A stretch of DNA of 64,000 nt from an uncultured Gemmatimonadaceae bacterium (GTDB lineage Bacteria; Gemmatimonadota; Gemmatimonadetes; Gemmatimonadales; Gemmatimonadaceae), in assembly GCA_963781585.1 (NCBI GenBank), contig CAWAGQ010000005.1, positions 1 through 64,000 on the forward strand. Direction: 5' to 3'. The position numbers and the translations under genes are program-made. The notes under the pieces were generated by a model. That model saw nothing but the letters and a program-made list of their open reading frames with translations, ran no database searches and was not told the origin of the DNA. Of this stretch, positions 9,175 to 20,149 are shown in pieces (positions within the stretch are counted from its first letter, which is position 1; every line of letters begins with the position of its first letter).

Positions 9175-10053
9175 TTACCTGACTCCCGTCGAATCCACCT
9201 CGACCAGGTGGCGTCCGACCCAGCCGGAGATTCCCCTGGCGCGAACGCGATACCATCCCGCGCGCAATTCGCCGAGCTTGAGGCGCGTGTCGGGGGAGAT
9301 CACGCCGACGATGTCCGATTCGCGCGCCGGGTCAGCGCGAACGTTCACCCAGGTAATCGCGCTCGCGTCGATCCAGTCTGCCGTCTCACCTGACGACACC
9401 GTTTCGCTCACGGCGGTCTCGCGCGCAGCCCGCTCGTCGACCCGCGGAGGGGCAACGGGTGCCTGACGAGGCGCGGGCGTGAGCACGCTCTCGGGCGCCG
9501 CCGCAACGTTCGGCGGTTGCGCGTTCCCCGCAGCCGGCAGCATGGTGTCGGTGCCGGCAAGGGCCACCGTCACCGGCGCGGTCTGGTGCGACGTATCGGC
9601 GAGGGACATCGGCGGTGCGTTGGTTGCCGCTTCGGCAGTCTTCACGAGCTCCTGGTCCATTGCCGGGGACGGACTCGGCGCGGTAACCGGCGGCGGGGTG
9701 ACCTTCGCCACCGTCTTCGCCGGATCTGTGGTGCTGCGCGCGACGCCGGCGCGCCCCGCTGTCTCGTCTCCCGTTCGATACAGCTGCCAGGCACCGAAGC
9801 TGACGCCCGCCACCAGCACCGCGGCGCCGATACTCCATGTCGCCGGCGTTATGCGCCGCTTTGGTTCCGGCGGTCCGCACCAGCGGCACGCGCCAATCTT
9901 GCGCGGATATTGGGCGCCGCAGCTCTTGCAGCGCACCAGCGGAAGCAGATCGCCGAAGCTACTCCGGATCTCGAGATGATGGCCGCACATGGGGCACTGT
10001 GAGGCCGCGACAATTGCCTTGGCACCACATGCCTCACAGCGAACGAACTGCAT
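9175..10053 (-). CDS. double zinc-ribbon / TM / SH3b domain protein
   Basis: Four CxxC pairs, one TM helix, an Ala/Pro linker, and a C-terminal VNVRADP...GWYRV...GISGWV (bacterial SH3). Confidence 0.8.
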   Translation of the reverse strand: MQFVRCEACGAKAIVAASQCPMCGHHLEIRSSFGDLLPLVRCKSCGAQYPRKIGACRWCGPPEPKRRITPATWSIGAAVLVAGVSFGAWQLYRTGDETAGRAGVARSTTDPAKTVAKVTPPPVTAPSPSPAMDQELVKTAEAATNAPPMSLADTSHQTAPVTVALAGTDTMLPAAGNAQPPNVAAAPESVLTPAPRQAPVAPPRVDERAARETAVSETVSSGETADWIDASAITWVNVRADPARESDIVGVISPDTRLKLGELRAGWYRVRARGISGWVGRHLVEVDSTGVR

Positions 10054-10272
10054 TCCGAACACCTCGAGATGAAATTCCTGAGCGTGCCTGACTCCGGCTG
10101 GGCACCCTGCCCCCCGTCCTTCCGCGAGAGGGCGGGGGGTATTCACGATGGGGCAAAAATCGCCGGCCCGAAAGGGGGTCAGGTACCCCAACTTGAGGGG
10201 TGGGTCTCTCATATAGCTCAGGCGGCCCCCGAACTCAGGACGTTCCGGCCACCTTGCGAGTCACCCAAGTTC

Positions 10273-10344
10273 CAGCGGTCAGACCTCAGCGGTCAGACAT
10301 CAGCGATCAGCTAATCAGCTAATCAGCTAATCAGCTGTCAGCTG
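10273..10344. repeat. 7-8-mer TCAGC-core tandem array
   Basis: CAGCGGTCAGACCTCAGCGGTCAGACATCAGCGATCAGCTAATCAGCTAATCAGCTAATCAGCTGTCAGCTG. Confidence 0.85.
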
Positions 10345-10406
10345 TGACCCATGAGCTCGTTCCGCCTCTGGCCTTGGGCCTCGGCCCAGGGCCTTTGGGC
10401 CTCGGC

Positions 10407-12176
10407 TCATGGCAACCTGAATATCGCCATCTGCGGATTCAGCGACGCCGCGAACCCGGCACCGTTGGGAGCCCCGAACTGGATCGAGACCGTCGCCGCG
10501 CTAGCCGGTGTGTCGAGACGGAAGAACGTCATCGTTCCCGGTTGGAGCACGGCCGTCGAGGTGTCTGCCGTGATGTCGAACAGGAGCACCGGATCCTCAT
10601 ACGGTATGCTCGATGACCCCGGCGACGTGACGTACAGTCGGGCCCAGAGCTGCTTCATGTTGCGACTGAGGAATCGATTCTCCGCGGGCGCCGTGGTGCG
10701 TGGCAGTCCGGGCAGGCTGTCGGTATGCAACGCGAGTCCGAAGTCCGCGAACAACTCCGGAAAGCTTCGCCCCGCTGCCGCCTCGATGTCCGCAATGCCG
10801 TTCGCGGGACCGCGCTCGAGCGCCTTGTAGACGCCCGTACCGTAGTGATCGCCGAGCCATCGCGACAGCAACCACGCGCCGCCACGCCAGGAAAAGCCCT
10901 GCTCCGAGTCGTCGTGCAGGGTGATGCTCGCCGTGTCCGGCAGCAGGGCATACTGATACGAATCGTAGAGGAAGTCGGAGACGAATCCCTGCGCGGAGTC
11001 GGGGAACAGCTGCTGGGGATCCGTCCGGCACGCCGGTGGCGGGCACTTCTGCTCGAAGTACAGGGATCCCAGCTCCTCGCCGACGATGGCCAACCCTTCG
11101 TCCAGCCAGCTCGATCCCGGTGTTCCGGTGCCGAGCACCACGTGCTGCGAGTAGCTGATGAGATGCTCCAGCTCGTGGAGGAATGTCGCCGGAACGCTGT
11201 TGCCGAGCGATTCCACGCTGTGCGAACAGCTCACGGTGCCGGTGGGGTCGGGCACGAGCGAGTAGAAGATCTCCCCCTGATTGGAGTTCGGATTGGACGC
11301 GTCGTCGAAATCGTCGGCGTCGAAGAATCCCGCGATGTAACCTGAGCTGTTGCAGGTCGACGTGGGCGTGTCGGAGTTCACCACGTTCGTCATCAGCATG
11401 ATCACGTGGCCGTTCTGATCCACGTCCGACGGCGGGCCGAATGCCGTGGTGTCGATCGGATACAGCACCTGATCGAAGTAGGTGCCGAAGTTGTTCAACT
11501 GCGCGCTCGTGAAGCCGTTCGCCGGAGCCAGCGTGTCCACGTAGATCAGGACGTCGCTCCCCACGTACTCCAGCCGCGCGCCGACCTTCGCCCAGGTCGC
11601 CGTTCCGGTGGCGAAGCCCGAGTAGGCGCGGAAGCTGCGAACGCTCCCAACGTTAGGCACCACGGCGAACGCGATGCCCGGGATCGCGGCGCTCCGCGGC
11701 ACCGATCGCATCACCGCACCGGCCGAGGCGCGCTGCGCGGCTCGCGCGAGCATCGCGCGATCGGCGCCGAGCTGGGTGAGATTGGGATGGATGGGCGGCA
11801 GGACTCCGGAGCCGGCGCCGCCACCGCCGGCGGCGATCGACGGCGACGCCACCCGGCTTCCCGACGCAATCGCCGCGGAGACGTCGCCCGAGTACATGCG
11901 ATACGACACGTAGTGGTTCGGCCCCTGGTCGGTCGCGAACTGCGGAACCACCAGGTAGCTCGCCCCGTTGCCCGCGAGCGTGACCGTGGTGCCGCCGTTG
12001 CCGCAGTCGATGCGCACGGCCTGGGCGACGGCGAGACTGACCGTCCCCCCCGCCCCACACGGGTTCTTCTGGATCGAGATTGGCGGACCGGTGGTCGAAT
12101 CGTGGGAGCACGCCGCGAGAAGACCGGCCAGCGCCGCGGATACCAGGCGGGTTGCGCCGCTCCCGGAGCGCCTCAC
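10407..12176 (-). CDS. lipoprotein zinc metallopeptidase (M30-like)
   Basis: Lipobox LLAAC, HELEH (HExxH) and downstream WLDEGLA. Confidence 0.75.
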   Translation of the reverse strand: MRRSGSGATRLVSAALAGLLAACSHDSTTGPPISIQKNPCGAGGTVSLAVAQAVRIDCGNGGTTVTLAGNGASYLVVPQFATDQGPNHYVSYRMYSGDVSAAIASGSRVASPSIAAGGGGAGSGVLPPIHPNLTQLGADRAMLARAAQRASAGAVMRSVPRSAAIPGIAFAVVPNVGSVRSFRAYSGFATGTATWAKVGARLEYVGSDVLIYVDTLAPANGFTSAQLNNFGTYFDQVLYPIDTTAFGPPSDVDQNGHVIMLMTNVVNSDTPTSTCNSSGYIAGFFDADDFDDASNPNSNQGEIFYSLVPDPTGTVSCSHSVESLGNSVPATFLHELEHLISYSQHVVLGTGTPGSSWLDEGLAIVGEELGSLYFEQKCPPPACRTDPQQLFPDSAQGFVSDFLYDSYQYALLPDTASITLHDDSEQGFSWRGGAWLLSRWLGDHYGTGVYKALERGPANGIADIEAAAGRSFPELFADFGLALHTDSLPGLPRTTAPAENRFLSRNMKQLWARLYVTSPGSSSIPYEDPVLLFDITADTSTAVLQPGTMTFFRLDTPASAATVSIQFGAPNGAGFAASLNPQMAIFRLP

Positions 12177-12411
12177 GGGAGCCTCCCGGCGCGCACGCTG
12201 GCGCAGTCGGGCGAACGATGATGCAGGAATGGGACGCCTCCGAACACGAGCGATGTGGGACTGGCGACGCGCGAGCCGCCGCGCGCGGGCGGGCAGCGTA
12301 CCGGCGCCGCCCGCATTGGTGGAGACACGCGAGTCCCCTCATCCCCCATCCCGGCCGGGTCGGAGATTCGCCTCCGCTGGTACTCACCCCGGTTCTGGAG
12401 AGTTCCGGACG

Positions 12412-15210
12412 CTACGGCCGGCGCCGCTCCGCGCGCTCCTCGTCCGTGAGATCCGCCGCCAGGGGGAAGAACAGCGACCGCCGCACCCCCGGGTAGGGGG
12501 TCCCCCATCCCCGCGCGTCGTGCCAGAGAATCACGTTCAGCCGATCCGACGGCGCGTCGTCCGGATCCGCGAAGTTCATCCGCGACGACTCCAGCGCGGC
12601 CTTGCCTCGCTCGGCGGCCCAGGCCCCGCGGATCCCGGTCCGGCCGGGATTGGTCTCGTAGATCGACTGGGTGGGGGTCAGCGCGGTGAACGGGGTGAGG
12701 TCCGGCTTCTCGTCAGGCCCGATGAAGCTGGCCCGCATGTCGGTGGCCACCAGGTCGAACAGGCTCAGCGCCGGCAGCCCCAGCATCAGCTCGATGGTCT
12801 TCACCATGCTCGGCTGGCTGTAGAATGTGCTGTCGATTACACCGCGCCGCGCGTACGGACTGGCCACCAGGGCCACAGTCCGGTGGCCATCGATGTGGTC
12901 CACGCCGTTCTGGGCGTCGTCCTCCACCACCAGGATTGCCATCGATCGCCAGAACGACGAGTGCGTGAGGCCATCGACCACCCGGCCGAGTGCCAGATCG
13001 TTGTCGGCCACGCAGGCCTTGGGCGTGCACCATCCGGGCGTGGTGCCGACGGTGTGATCGCTCGGCAGGATGATCATCACCAGGTTCGGCATCGTCCCCC
13101 GCGCTTCCCACTCGCGGAGGTGCTCGGTCACCACGTCCGCCTTCACCACGTCGGGCGTCTCCTGCGTCCATCCCGGATACTCGCGCACCAGCAGCCGGTC
13201 GAGCGACGGAATCTCCGAGTGCGTCTGGTACATCGTCCGGAGCACGTTGCGGAAGAACGCCGGGTCGTGGGGCTGCGAATCGCGATACTGCGCCAGCAGC
13301 TTCCGGCGGACGCCCGAAATCGAGTCCGACGGCGCCGGGGCGTACTCGCCGAACACCGACACGCTTTTCCCCCGCGCCAGCGCCGCGTCCCACAGGAATC
13401 CGCCTGACGAGTAGGCGAGCGGGTCGTTCCCTTCCGAGGGATAACTCCGCCCGTTGTAGAGCGGCCACATGGGGTACTCGGTCTCGTTGGCCTGCGTCAG
13501 CCACTGATGACCGTCGGCCGAGTTGCCGCCTGACGCGAAGAAGTGATCGAGCAGGACGAACTGCTCGGCGAGCGCGTGCGCATTCGGCGTGACGTCGCGA
13601 CCGTACATCACCAGCGACGGGTCGCTCGCCCCCTTCCCGGCGTCGCCCAGCACCTGGTCGTAGGTCCGGTTCTCGCGAATGATGTAGACCACGTGGTCGA
13701 TGCGCGACGGCTCGCCGGGGCGCTCGGGCACTGCCCGCGCCGCGGCACTCGCGCGCACCGGCGGTGGAGCGCCACCCGGGCCGGACGCGAGCATCAGCCG
13801 GTTGTTCTGCGCCACCGAGGTGCTGTACGCCTGGAGCTCGGGGTCGGTGGGGACGGAGAAGACATTCACGGAGCCCCGCACGGCGTGGACGAAGCGGCCG
13901 CGCATCCCGGGGGCACCCGAGGTCTGTCCCGTGCCGGAGCCCACGCCCAGCAGGGTCCCCACTGCGATGGTCCTGCCGTCGGCGCTGACGTCGATGCTGG
14001 TCGGATACCACCCGGTGGGGATCAGGCCGCGAAGCCTGGCGCCGCCAATCGCGCCATCGCCGGCACCGTCGCGGGTGCGTGCCGCCGTTTCCGCGCCGGA
14101 AGTAGAGGGCGCCGTGGTAATCAGCTGCGATACGTCCACCACCGCCACCGCGTTCGCCCCGCCAAGCGTCACATAGAGCGTGCCGCCGTCCGGCGAGAGC
14201 GCGACGGCCGTAGGCGCGAGACCGATCTTCCGTTCGCGGAACGGAGCGATCGGGATTGTCGCGACCATCGAGTCCCGTTGGGTGTCGATGACGCTCACGT
14301 CGTCCGAGTTGCCGTTCGCCACGAACAGCCGCGCGTGAGGCAGGTCCCACACCAGCCCGGTCGGATGCAATCCCACCGGAATGATCCGCTCGACCCTGCC
14401 GGACACGAGATTCACGCGCATCACGCTCCCGCGCCCGGCGATGCCACGCGGATCGATGCGCACCGGCTCGGCCATCGGGTCGCAGCACTCGGTGGCCGCC
14501 CGCTCCCCGGGCGCGGGCTTCGGCCCGCCCAGGTTGGTCACGTACGCCACCGCGCCGCCGGGATCGACCACGGCCGCCACCGGAAGGACCCCGAGTGGAA
14601 TCGCCGCCAGCAGCGATCCGCTGTCGGCGTCGAGCACCGCAAGCGCGTCGTTCGCCGGGAGCGGGACGACCGCCACCCGGTGGGCCAAGGCGTTGGCGCG
14701 CGCCGCGACCGCCGGCGCGCCGGCCAGGTAGTCGCCTAACGCCGGCGAGGTCGTCGCGACCACGGCGCTGTCCTCTCCCGCCGCATTGCGCGCCGTACGG
14801 TCGCCGGCGTAGGCGATGAGCTGCACCACCGATCTCAGGCGGGGCGGTCGCGCACCCGGCAGACGGGACATCGCCAGATCGGCGGCCAGACGACCCACTG
14901 ACGAGACCAGCGCCCGGCCATTCAGCGGATCGATCGCGACCCCATGGACACCCGGCCGTCCGTCGAACGCCGCGCTGGCCACCACTCGATTGCCCCGCCA
15001 CGCCAGCCGGTACGCCACGCCGGGCACGGCCACCCACAACTCGCCGGGTGTTCTGCCGAACCGGACACCCGCCACACGCCCGTCGAACACACTCTGGAGT
15101 CCCGCCGGCGTGACGCGCTGATCGGTCGCGATCACCCCGGGGTCCGGGACAGTGCGCTGCGGAACGGATGCCGAACCCGCCTGCAGAAGAAACAGCGCGT
15201 GGAGAATCAT
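12412..15210 (-). CDS. YncE/YVTN beta-propeller plus phosphoesterase (alkaline phosphatase superfamily) fusion
   Basis: IPVGLHP and IPTGWYP propeller repeats, plus IIRENRTYDQVLGD, SADGHQW and EDDAQNGVDHIDGHR. Confidence 0.85.
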   Translation of the reverse strand: MILHALFLLQAGSASVPQRTVPDPGVIATDQRVTPAGLQSVFDGRVAGVRFGRTPGELWVAVPGVAYRLAWRGNRVVASAAFDGRPGVHGVAIDPLNGRALVSSVGRLAADLAMSRLPGARPPRLRSVVQLIAYAGDRTARNAAGEDSAVVATTSPALGDYLAGAPAVAARANALAHRVAVVPLPANDALAVLDADSGSLLAAIPLGVLPVAAVVDPGGAVAYVTNLGGPKPAPGERAATECCDPMAEPVRIDPRGIAGRGSVMRVNLVSGRVERIIPVGLHPTGLVWDLPHARLFVANGNSDDVSVIDTQRDSMVATIPIAPFRERKIGLAPTAVALSPDGGTLYVTLGGANAVAVVDVSQLITTAPSTSGAETAARTRDGAGDGAIGGARLRGLIPTGWYPTSIDVSADGRTIAVGTLLGVGSGTGQTSGAPGMRGRFVHAVRGSVNVFSVPTDPELQAYSTSVAQNNRLMLASGPGGAPPPVRASAAARAVPERPGEPSRIDHVVYIIRENRTYDQVLGDAGKGASDPSLVMYGRDVTPNAHALAEQFVLLDHFFASGGNSADGHQWLTQANETEYPMWPLYNGRSYPSEGNDPLAYSSGGFLWDAALARGKSVSVFGEYAPAPSDSISGVRRKLLAQYRDSQPHDPAFFRNVLRTMYQTHSEIPSLDRLLVREYPGWTQETPDVVKADVVTEHLREWEARGTMPNLVMIILPSDHTVGTTPGWCTPKACVADNDLALGRVVDGLTHSSFWRSMAILVVEDDAQNGVDHIDGHRTVALVASPYARRGVIDSTFYSQPSMVKTIELMLGLPALSLFDLVATDMRASFIGPDEKPDLTPFTALTPTQSIYETNPGRTGIRGAWAAERGKAALESSRMNFADPDDAPSDRLNVILWHDARGWGTPYPGVRRSLFFPLAADLTDEERAERRRP

Positions 15211-15354
15211 GCGTGAATCCTGTCTCCTGCTGCGCGCCGCACCGCAGCGGCGAGTGTCACAATCCCGTCAACGCGAGCCGGCCGACTGACGCCTGCTCCC
15301 GGTTCTCGCGCCTTCCACAATCGACCGGCCGCGCAGGACACGGCCGGTATGCGG

Positions 15355-17418
15355 TCACGGCACAACCCGCTGCCCCGGCCCGTTGCGGTACTTGTCGAAC
15401 CAGCCCAGGATGTACGCGACCTTCGCCATCATGTTGCTCGGCTTGCCGGCGATTTCGTGCGACGCGTCGGGAATGCGTACCATCGCCGTCGGCACCTTCC
15501 GGATCTTGAGCGCCTCGTAGAACTGCTCCACCTCCTCGCTCGGCGTGCGATAGTCCACCTCGCCGGTCATGAGCATGGTCGGCGTGGTCACGTTGCCCAC
15601 GTAGGTGATGGGAGACCGCTTCATGTAGTGGTCGAGGTTCTCCCATGGGACACCGGGGAACCAGTATCTATAGAAGAAGCCCGGGCCGTCGGACGTGAGC
15701 ACGAAGCTGTACCAGTTGATCACCGGCTTCACGACCACGGCCGCCTTGAATCGCGAGGTGTGGCCGACGATCCAGGCGCTGAGCACGCCGCCGCCGCTGC
15801 CCCCGGTCACGAAGAGCTGGTTCGGGTCCACATAGCCCCTGGCGATGACGGCATCGACACCCGACATCAGGTCATCGTAGTCGTGGTCGGGGTAGTCGTG
15901 ATGAATGAGGTTGCCGAATTCCTCGCCGTAGCTCGTCGACCCGCGCGGGTTGGTGTAGAGGACGACGTACCCCGCGGCCGCGTAGAGCTGGATCTCCGAC
16001 GAGTAGCGCACGCCGTAGTCGGCGAACGGACCGCCGTGGATTTCGAGGAGCAGCGGATACTTCTTCGACGGATCGAAGCCCGGCGGCTTGACGATCCACC
16101 CCTGAATGCGCCGCTTGTCGAAGCTCGATTGGTACCAGATCTCCTCCACCGGGCCTAACGTCTTGTGTCCGAACAGGTCGTCGTTGAGCCGCGTCAGGCG
16201 CTGGGCGACCGTGCCCGGGCCGCCCACGCCCACGTCAGCCGGATGATCGGGGGCCGTGTGGGTAAAGGCGAACCGGCCGTTGTCGGCCAGCGAGTACGTC
16301 CCGCCCGAATACGGACGTCCCAGGTCCAGCCCGCCCACGCCACTGGCGAGCGTGGCGACCTGCGCCGTCAGCGTCATGAGACCGATCTTCGTGTCGCCCT
16401 GATCGTCGTACTGGAAGAAGATGCCCTTGCCGTCGCGACTCCAGTTGATGTTCTGCACGTCGCGATCGAAGGAGCCGGAGATCATCCGCGGGTTCGATCC
16501 GTCGCGATTCATCAGGTACAGGTGGGTGACCTGGTAGCCCTGGTACCGGTCGTCGAATCCGGTGTAGGCGATCAGCTTGCCGTCTGGCGACGCCATGGGT
16601 TCCTGGTCGGGGCCCTTGCGCGTGGTGAGCGCCTTCGATCGCGCCCGATGCCACGCCCGACCTCGTAGATGTCGCTCTCGCCTGGGTCGTACTCCGGATT
16701 CTCGTGGCGGTTGGCCGAGAACAGGATGGCGCTGCCGTCGGGAGTCCACTGCGGCGCGCCGTCGTCGTAGGGCCCGGTGGTCAGCTGGCGCGGGGTGCCC
16801 CCCTCCGCGGGGAGCACGAAGATGTGGCGGTGGCCGCTCCGCAGGTAGCCCGATCCGTTGAACCGGTACTCGAGCTTGTCGATGTACTTGATCGGCGGAC
16901 CCCAGTCGGCGCCCTCGGGCTTGTCGGGCAGCTGCACGAACGGCTTCGGCTCGTCAGGCACGAACATCGCGAACGCGATCCACTTGCCGTCGGGCGACCA
17001 GGCCAGTGCGCCGGGCGATTCCTCCACGTGGGTGAGCTTGGCCTCCTGTCCCGAGTCCATCCATCGGACGAAGATGTCGGCCTTGCGCTCGTCGATGCTC
17101 GAGACGAAGAGCAGGCGGGTGCCGTCGGGTGACCAGCGCGGTGACGACGCCATCCGGGCCGGGATCGAGCAGCGGACGGAGCTCGGAGCCGTCGGCGTTC
17201 ACCATCCACAGGCTCGACCGCTCGCGGTCCTTCATGATGTCGTAGCCCGCGCGCTCGAACGCCACCCGGCGGCCGTCGGGCGAGATCTGCGGATCGGCCG
17301 CCCACTCGAGCTCGAAGATGTCGCGCAGCGTGAACCGGTCGCTGGGCGGCGCGGACTGGGCGGAAAGGGCCGGAGCAGTCAGCGCGAGGCAGACGGCGGG
17401 AACCAGGAGTGAACGCAT
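15355..17418 (-). CDS. S9 family peptidase (acylaminoacyl-peptidase-like), frameshifted
   Basis: Signal peptide, PD40 repeats, HGGP, GGSGGG nucleophile, and D/H triad residues. Split over three ORFs by indels near 17157 and 16640-16660. Confidence 0.85.
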
Positions 17419-17467
17419 AACGAGGATCTCCGGAATGCGAGGACCCGACGGCAGGGGAACCGCCGGG

Positions 17468-18451
17468 CTATCCTTCCGCAACCTGGTACAGCGCGGCCGC
17501 GTTCCCCCCGAGAATCATCGACTTCTCGGCCGCCGAGATGGGGAGCACGCCGATGCTCTCCTTCATCTTCGCCATGCTGCTGATCAGGTGCGGGTAATCG
17601 CTCCCGGCCAGCAACTGACTGACGCCCGCGAACTCGATCGCCAGCCTGAGGGCCTTCGGGTCGAAGTTGACCGTATCGTAGTAGAACTTCTTCAGGTACT
17701 CGCTGGGCAGGCGGTCGATGTTCACCCGGCACTCCGGGTACGATTCGTAGCCACGGTCCAGCCGCTCGGCAATGTACGGAATCGCGCCGCCGAGGTGACC
17801 GAGCACCCAGCGGATATTCGGATATTTCTCCACCACGCCGCTGAAGACCAGCCCCGCCGCCGCCAGCGTGGTATCGAACATGAAGCCTACCAGCGGCATG
17901 AGCCAGTATTGCTCCATCGCTTCCACACCCGCCGGGTAGTTCGGATGGATGTGGATCACCGCCCCCGCGTCGTTTACGCGCTCCCACAGCGGCCAGTAGC
18001 GCAGGTCGTGCAGCGCGACGCCGGCGACGTTGCCGTAGACCAGGCATCCCGCGAATCCAATCGAGCGCGCCCGCTCGAACTCCTTCTCCGACGCCGACGG
18101 ATCGTTGAGGGGCAAGGTGGCCAGGGCGGTGAAGTGCTTCGCCCGCTCCGCCTTGATCTGCACCAGGGCGTCGTTCACCAGACTCGCGAGGTACGCCGAC
18201 CGCTGGGGCGTTTCCATCGTCGTCCCGGGCGCGGTGAGGGTGATGACCTGCATGTCCACGCCGGCATCGGCGATGACCCCTTCGCGAAACGCGATATCCC
18301 GGTGTCCACGGACGACGAAGTTGCGGTCGCCCGGTGAATCGAGGACCGGGTTCCCCTCGGCGTCGTCGGTGACCGTGTACGCGCTCGGTCCTTTCCGGAC
18401 GGCGTCGATGAACGAGGGCGGATAGTAATGATTGTGGACGTCGATGATCAT
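17468..18451 (-). CDS. amidohydrolase family protein (ACMSD-like)
   Basis: IDVHNH, IHIHP, GHLGGAIP, YYDT and GSDYP motifs. Confidence 0.88.
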   Translation of the reverse strand: MIIDVHNHYYPPSFIDAVRKGPSAYTVTDDAEGNPVLDSPGDRNFVVRGHRDIAFREGVIADAGVDMQVITLTAPGTTMETPQRSAYLASLVNDALVQIKAERAKHFTALATLPLNDPSASEKEFERARSIGFAGCLVYGNVAGVALHDLRYWPLWERVNDAGAVIHIHPNYPAGVEAMEQYWLMPLVGFMFDTTLAAAGLVFSGVVEKYPNIRWVLGHLGGAIPYIAERLDRGYESYPECRVNIDRLPSEYLKKFYYDTVNFDPKALRLAIEFAGVSQLLAGSDYPHLISSMAKMKESIGVLPISAAEKSMILGGNAAALYQVAEG

Positions 18452-18472
18452 GAAAGGGGTGCGGTTGACAGG

Positions 18473-18530
18473 TGTCAGTTGTCAGCGGGCAAGGAAAGCG
18501 GTCAGGGGACAGCTATCAGCCATGAGCTGT
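18473..18530. repeat. degenerate TCAGC-core heptamer array
   Basis: TGTCAGTTGTCAGCGG...GCGGTCAGGGGACAGCTATCAGCCATGAGCTGT. Confidence 0.6.
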
Positions 18531-18753
18531 CGTGAAAGTAGCGCCCGGACGCGGCCTGGCGAGGTCCGGCGGAATGTCGGGAGCTCGGGACTCGCCGCAC
18601 CGCCGGTTTCGAACCGCACGCTGACCTTCTCGATTCGCGGGACATTCCAGGCCTCCGGCGGCACATCCTTCAGTGGGTTCGACATGCGGTGGGGCCTGCC
18701 GTGACGTATCGGGGCGCCCGGCGGGACGGCATGACCGTCTTCTGATCCAGGCT

Positions 18754-20068
18754 TCAGCGCTTTCCCCACGCCCAGTACACCGGTACCCCGATCAACACCA
18801 CGCCCAGCCCGATCGCGCTGTCCTTCGGATTCGACAGCAATGCGTTCACCACCACCGCGAACGACACGATCACGAAGAGCAGGGGCGTCATGGGATAACC
18901 CCAGATGCGGTAGCCGCGCGTGATGCCCGCGCGCCGACGCAGCACCATCAGCCCGATCGCCATCAACCCGAAGAAGATCCATTCGGTGTAGACGACCCGT
19001 GTGAAGAGGGCCCGGAACGTGCCGGTCGCCACCAGCAGCGACGACCAGATCGCCTGCACCACGATCGCCCGGTGCGGCGTCGGAAGGTCGGATGCACCTC
19101 GCCGAACCACCGGAACAGCAATCCGTCCTGCGCCATGGCGTAGTAGACGCGCGGGCCGGCCAGAATGATCCCCGTCAGCGCGCCTGACGTGGAAATGAGC
19201 ACGATCACCGATGCGATCCCGCCGCCGCCGGAGCCCAGCAGCGTATCGGCGAGGTCGGCGGCCACGCGCGTCGACGCCGCCACCCTGTCGAGCGGCATCA
19301 CGTACAGGTAGACGGCGTTCATCGCCATGTACGCGGCCGTTACGACCAGCGTCCCGATCAACAAGCGCGCGCGGAATCGTCTTTGCCGGCTCAACGGTCT
19401 CCTCGGCGCTGTAGGTCACCATGTGCCAGCCGCCGTAGGCGAACAATCCGGCCACCATCGCCCGGAGGAATCCGCCGCCGATGCCCCGGTCGCCGCGCTC
19501 GCGCCCGACGAAGTGCTCCGGCACCCGGCTGCCCAGGGCGACGCCAACGACCACGATCAGCGCCACGGCCGCGAGTTTGACCGCGGTAAAGGCAGTCTGC
19601 ACCCGGCTCCCCTGCTTCACCCCAACGTAGTTGACCGCCGACAGCGCGACGATGATGCCGATGCCCACCACGGCGGCCCCCGACCGTGCCCAAGGGAAGG
19701 AAGTAGCCCGCGTAGCGCGCGAACACCGTCGCGATCGCGGCGATGATCCCCGAGTGCATGGTGAGGAACATCGCCCAGCCCCAGAGGAACCCCAGCGACG
19801 GGTGAAGCGACTCCGACAGATAGACGTAGACGCCGCCGGTGCGCGTGAACGTCGACGCCAGTTCCGCGCAGACGAGTGAGCCGATGAGCGTCAGCGCGCC
19901 GGACGCCAGCCAGGCGAGCAGCACCCACGACACCGAGTGCACCTGGGTGGTGACTTCGGACGGCTGCACGAAGATCGACGCGCCGATGATGGTCCCCACC
20001 ACCATCGCGGTGGCATGGGGCAGGCGGATCGCGCGGTGGAGGCCGCCCGGGCGATCCGGATCAGTCAT
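18754..20068 (-). CDS. APC family amino acid permease, frameshifted
   Basis: GTIIGASIF, FAYGGW, GPRVYYAMAQDGL and YRIWGYP motifs are spread over three frames. Indels near 19680, 19365 and 19082. Confidence 0.85.
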
Positions 20069-20149
20069 CGCGCCCCAGTTCCGGGCGCACGGATGTCTCC
20101 CGGATCTCCGCGGTCGTGCTCACTCGTCAGGCAGCCGCGGAACTGCCGG

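Noticed and set aside
10060..10260. c-di-GMP-like riboswitch (GGCAAA...GAAA) or structured leader
   Set aside because: The GGCAAA/GAAA elements lie on the strand opposite the downstream gene, and I could not build the required helices.
18482..18685. Small ORF MSNPLKDVPPEAWNVPRIEK
   Set aside because: No motif, no clear RBS, and it runs into the heptamer array.
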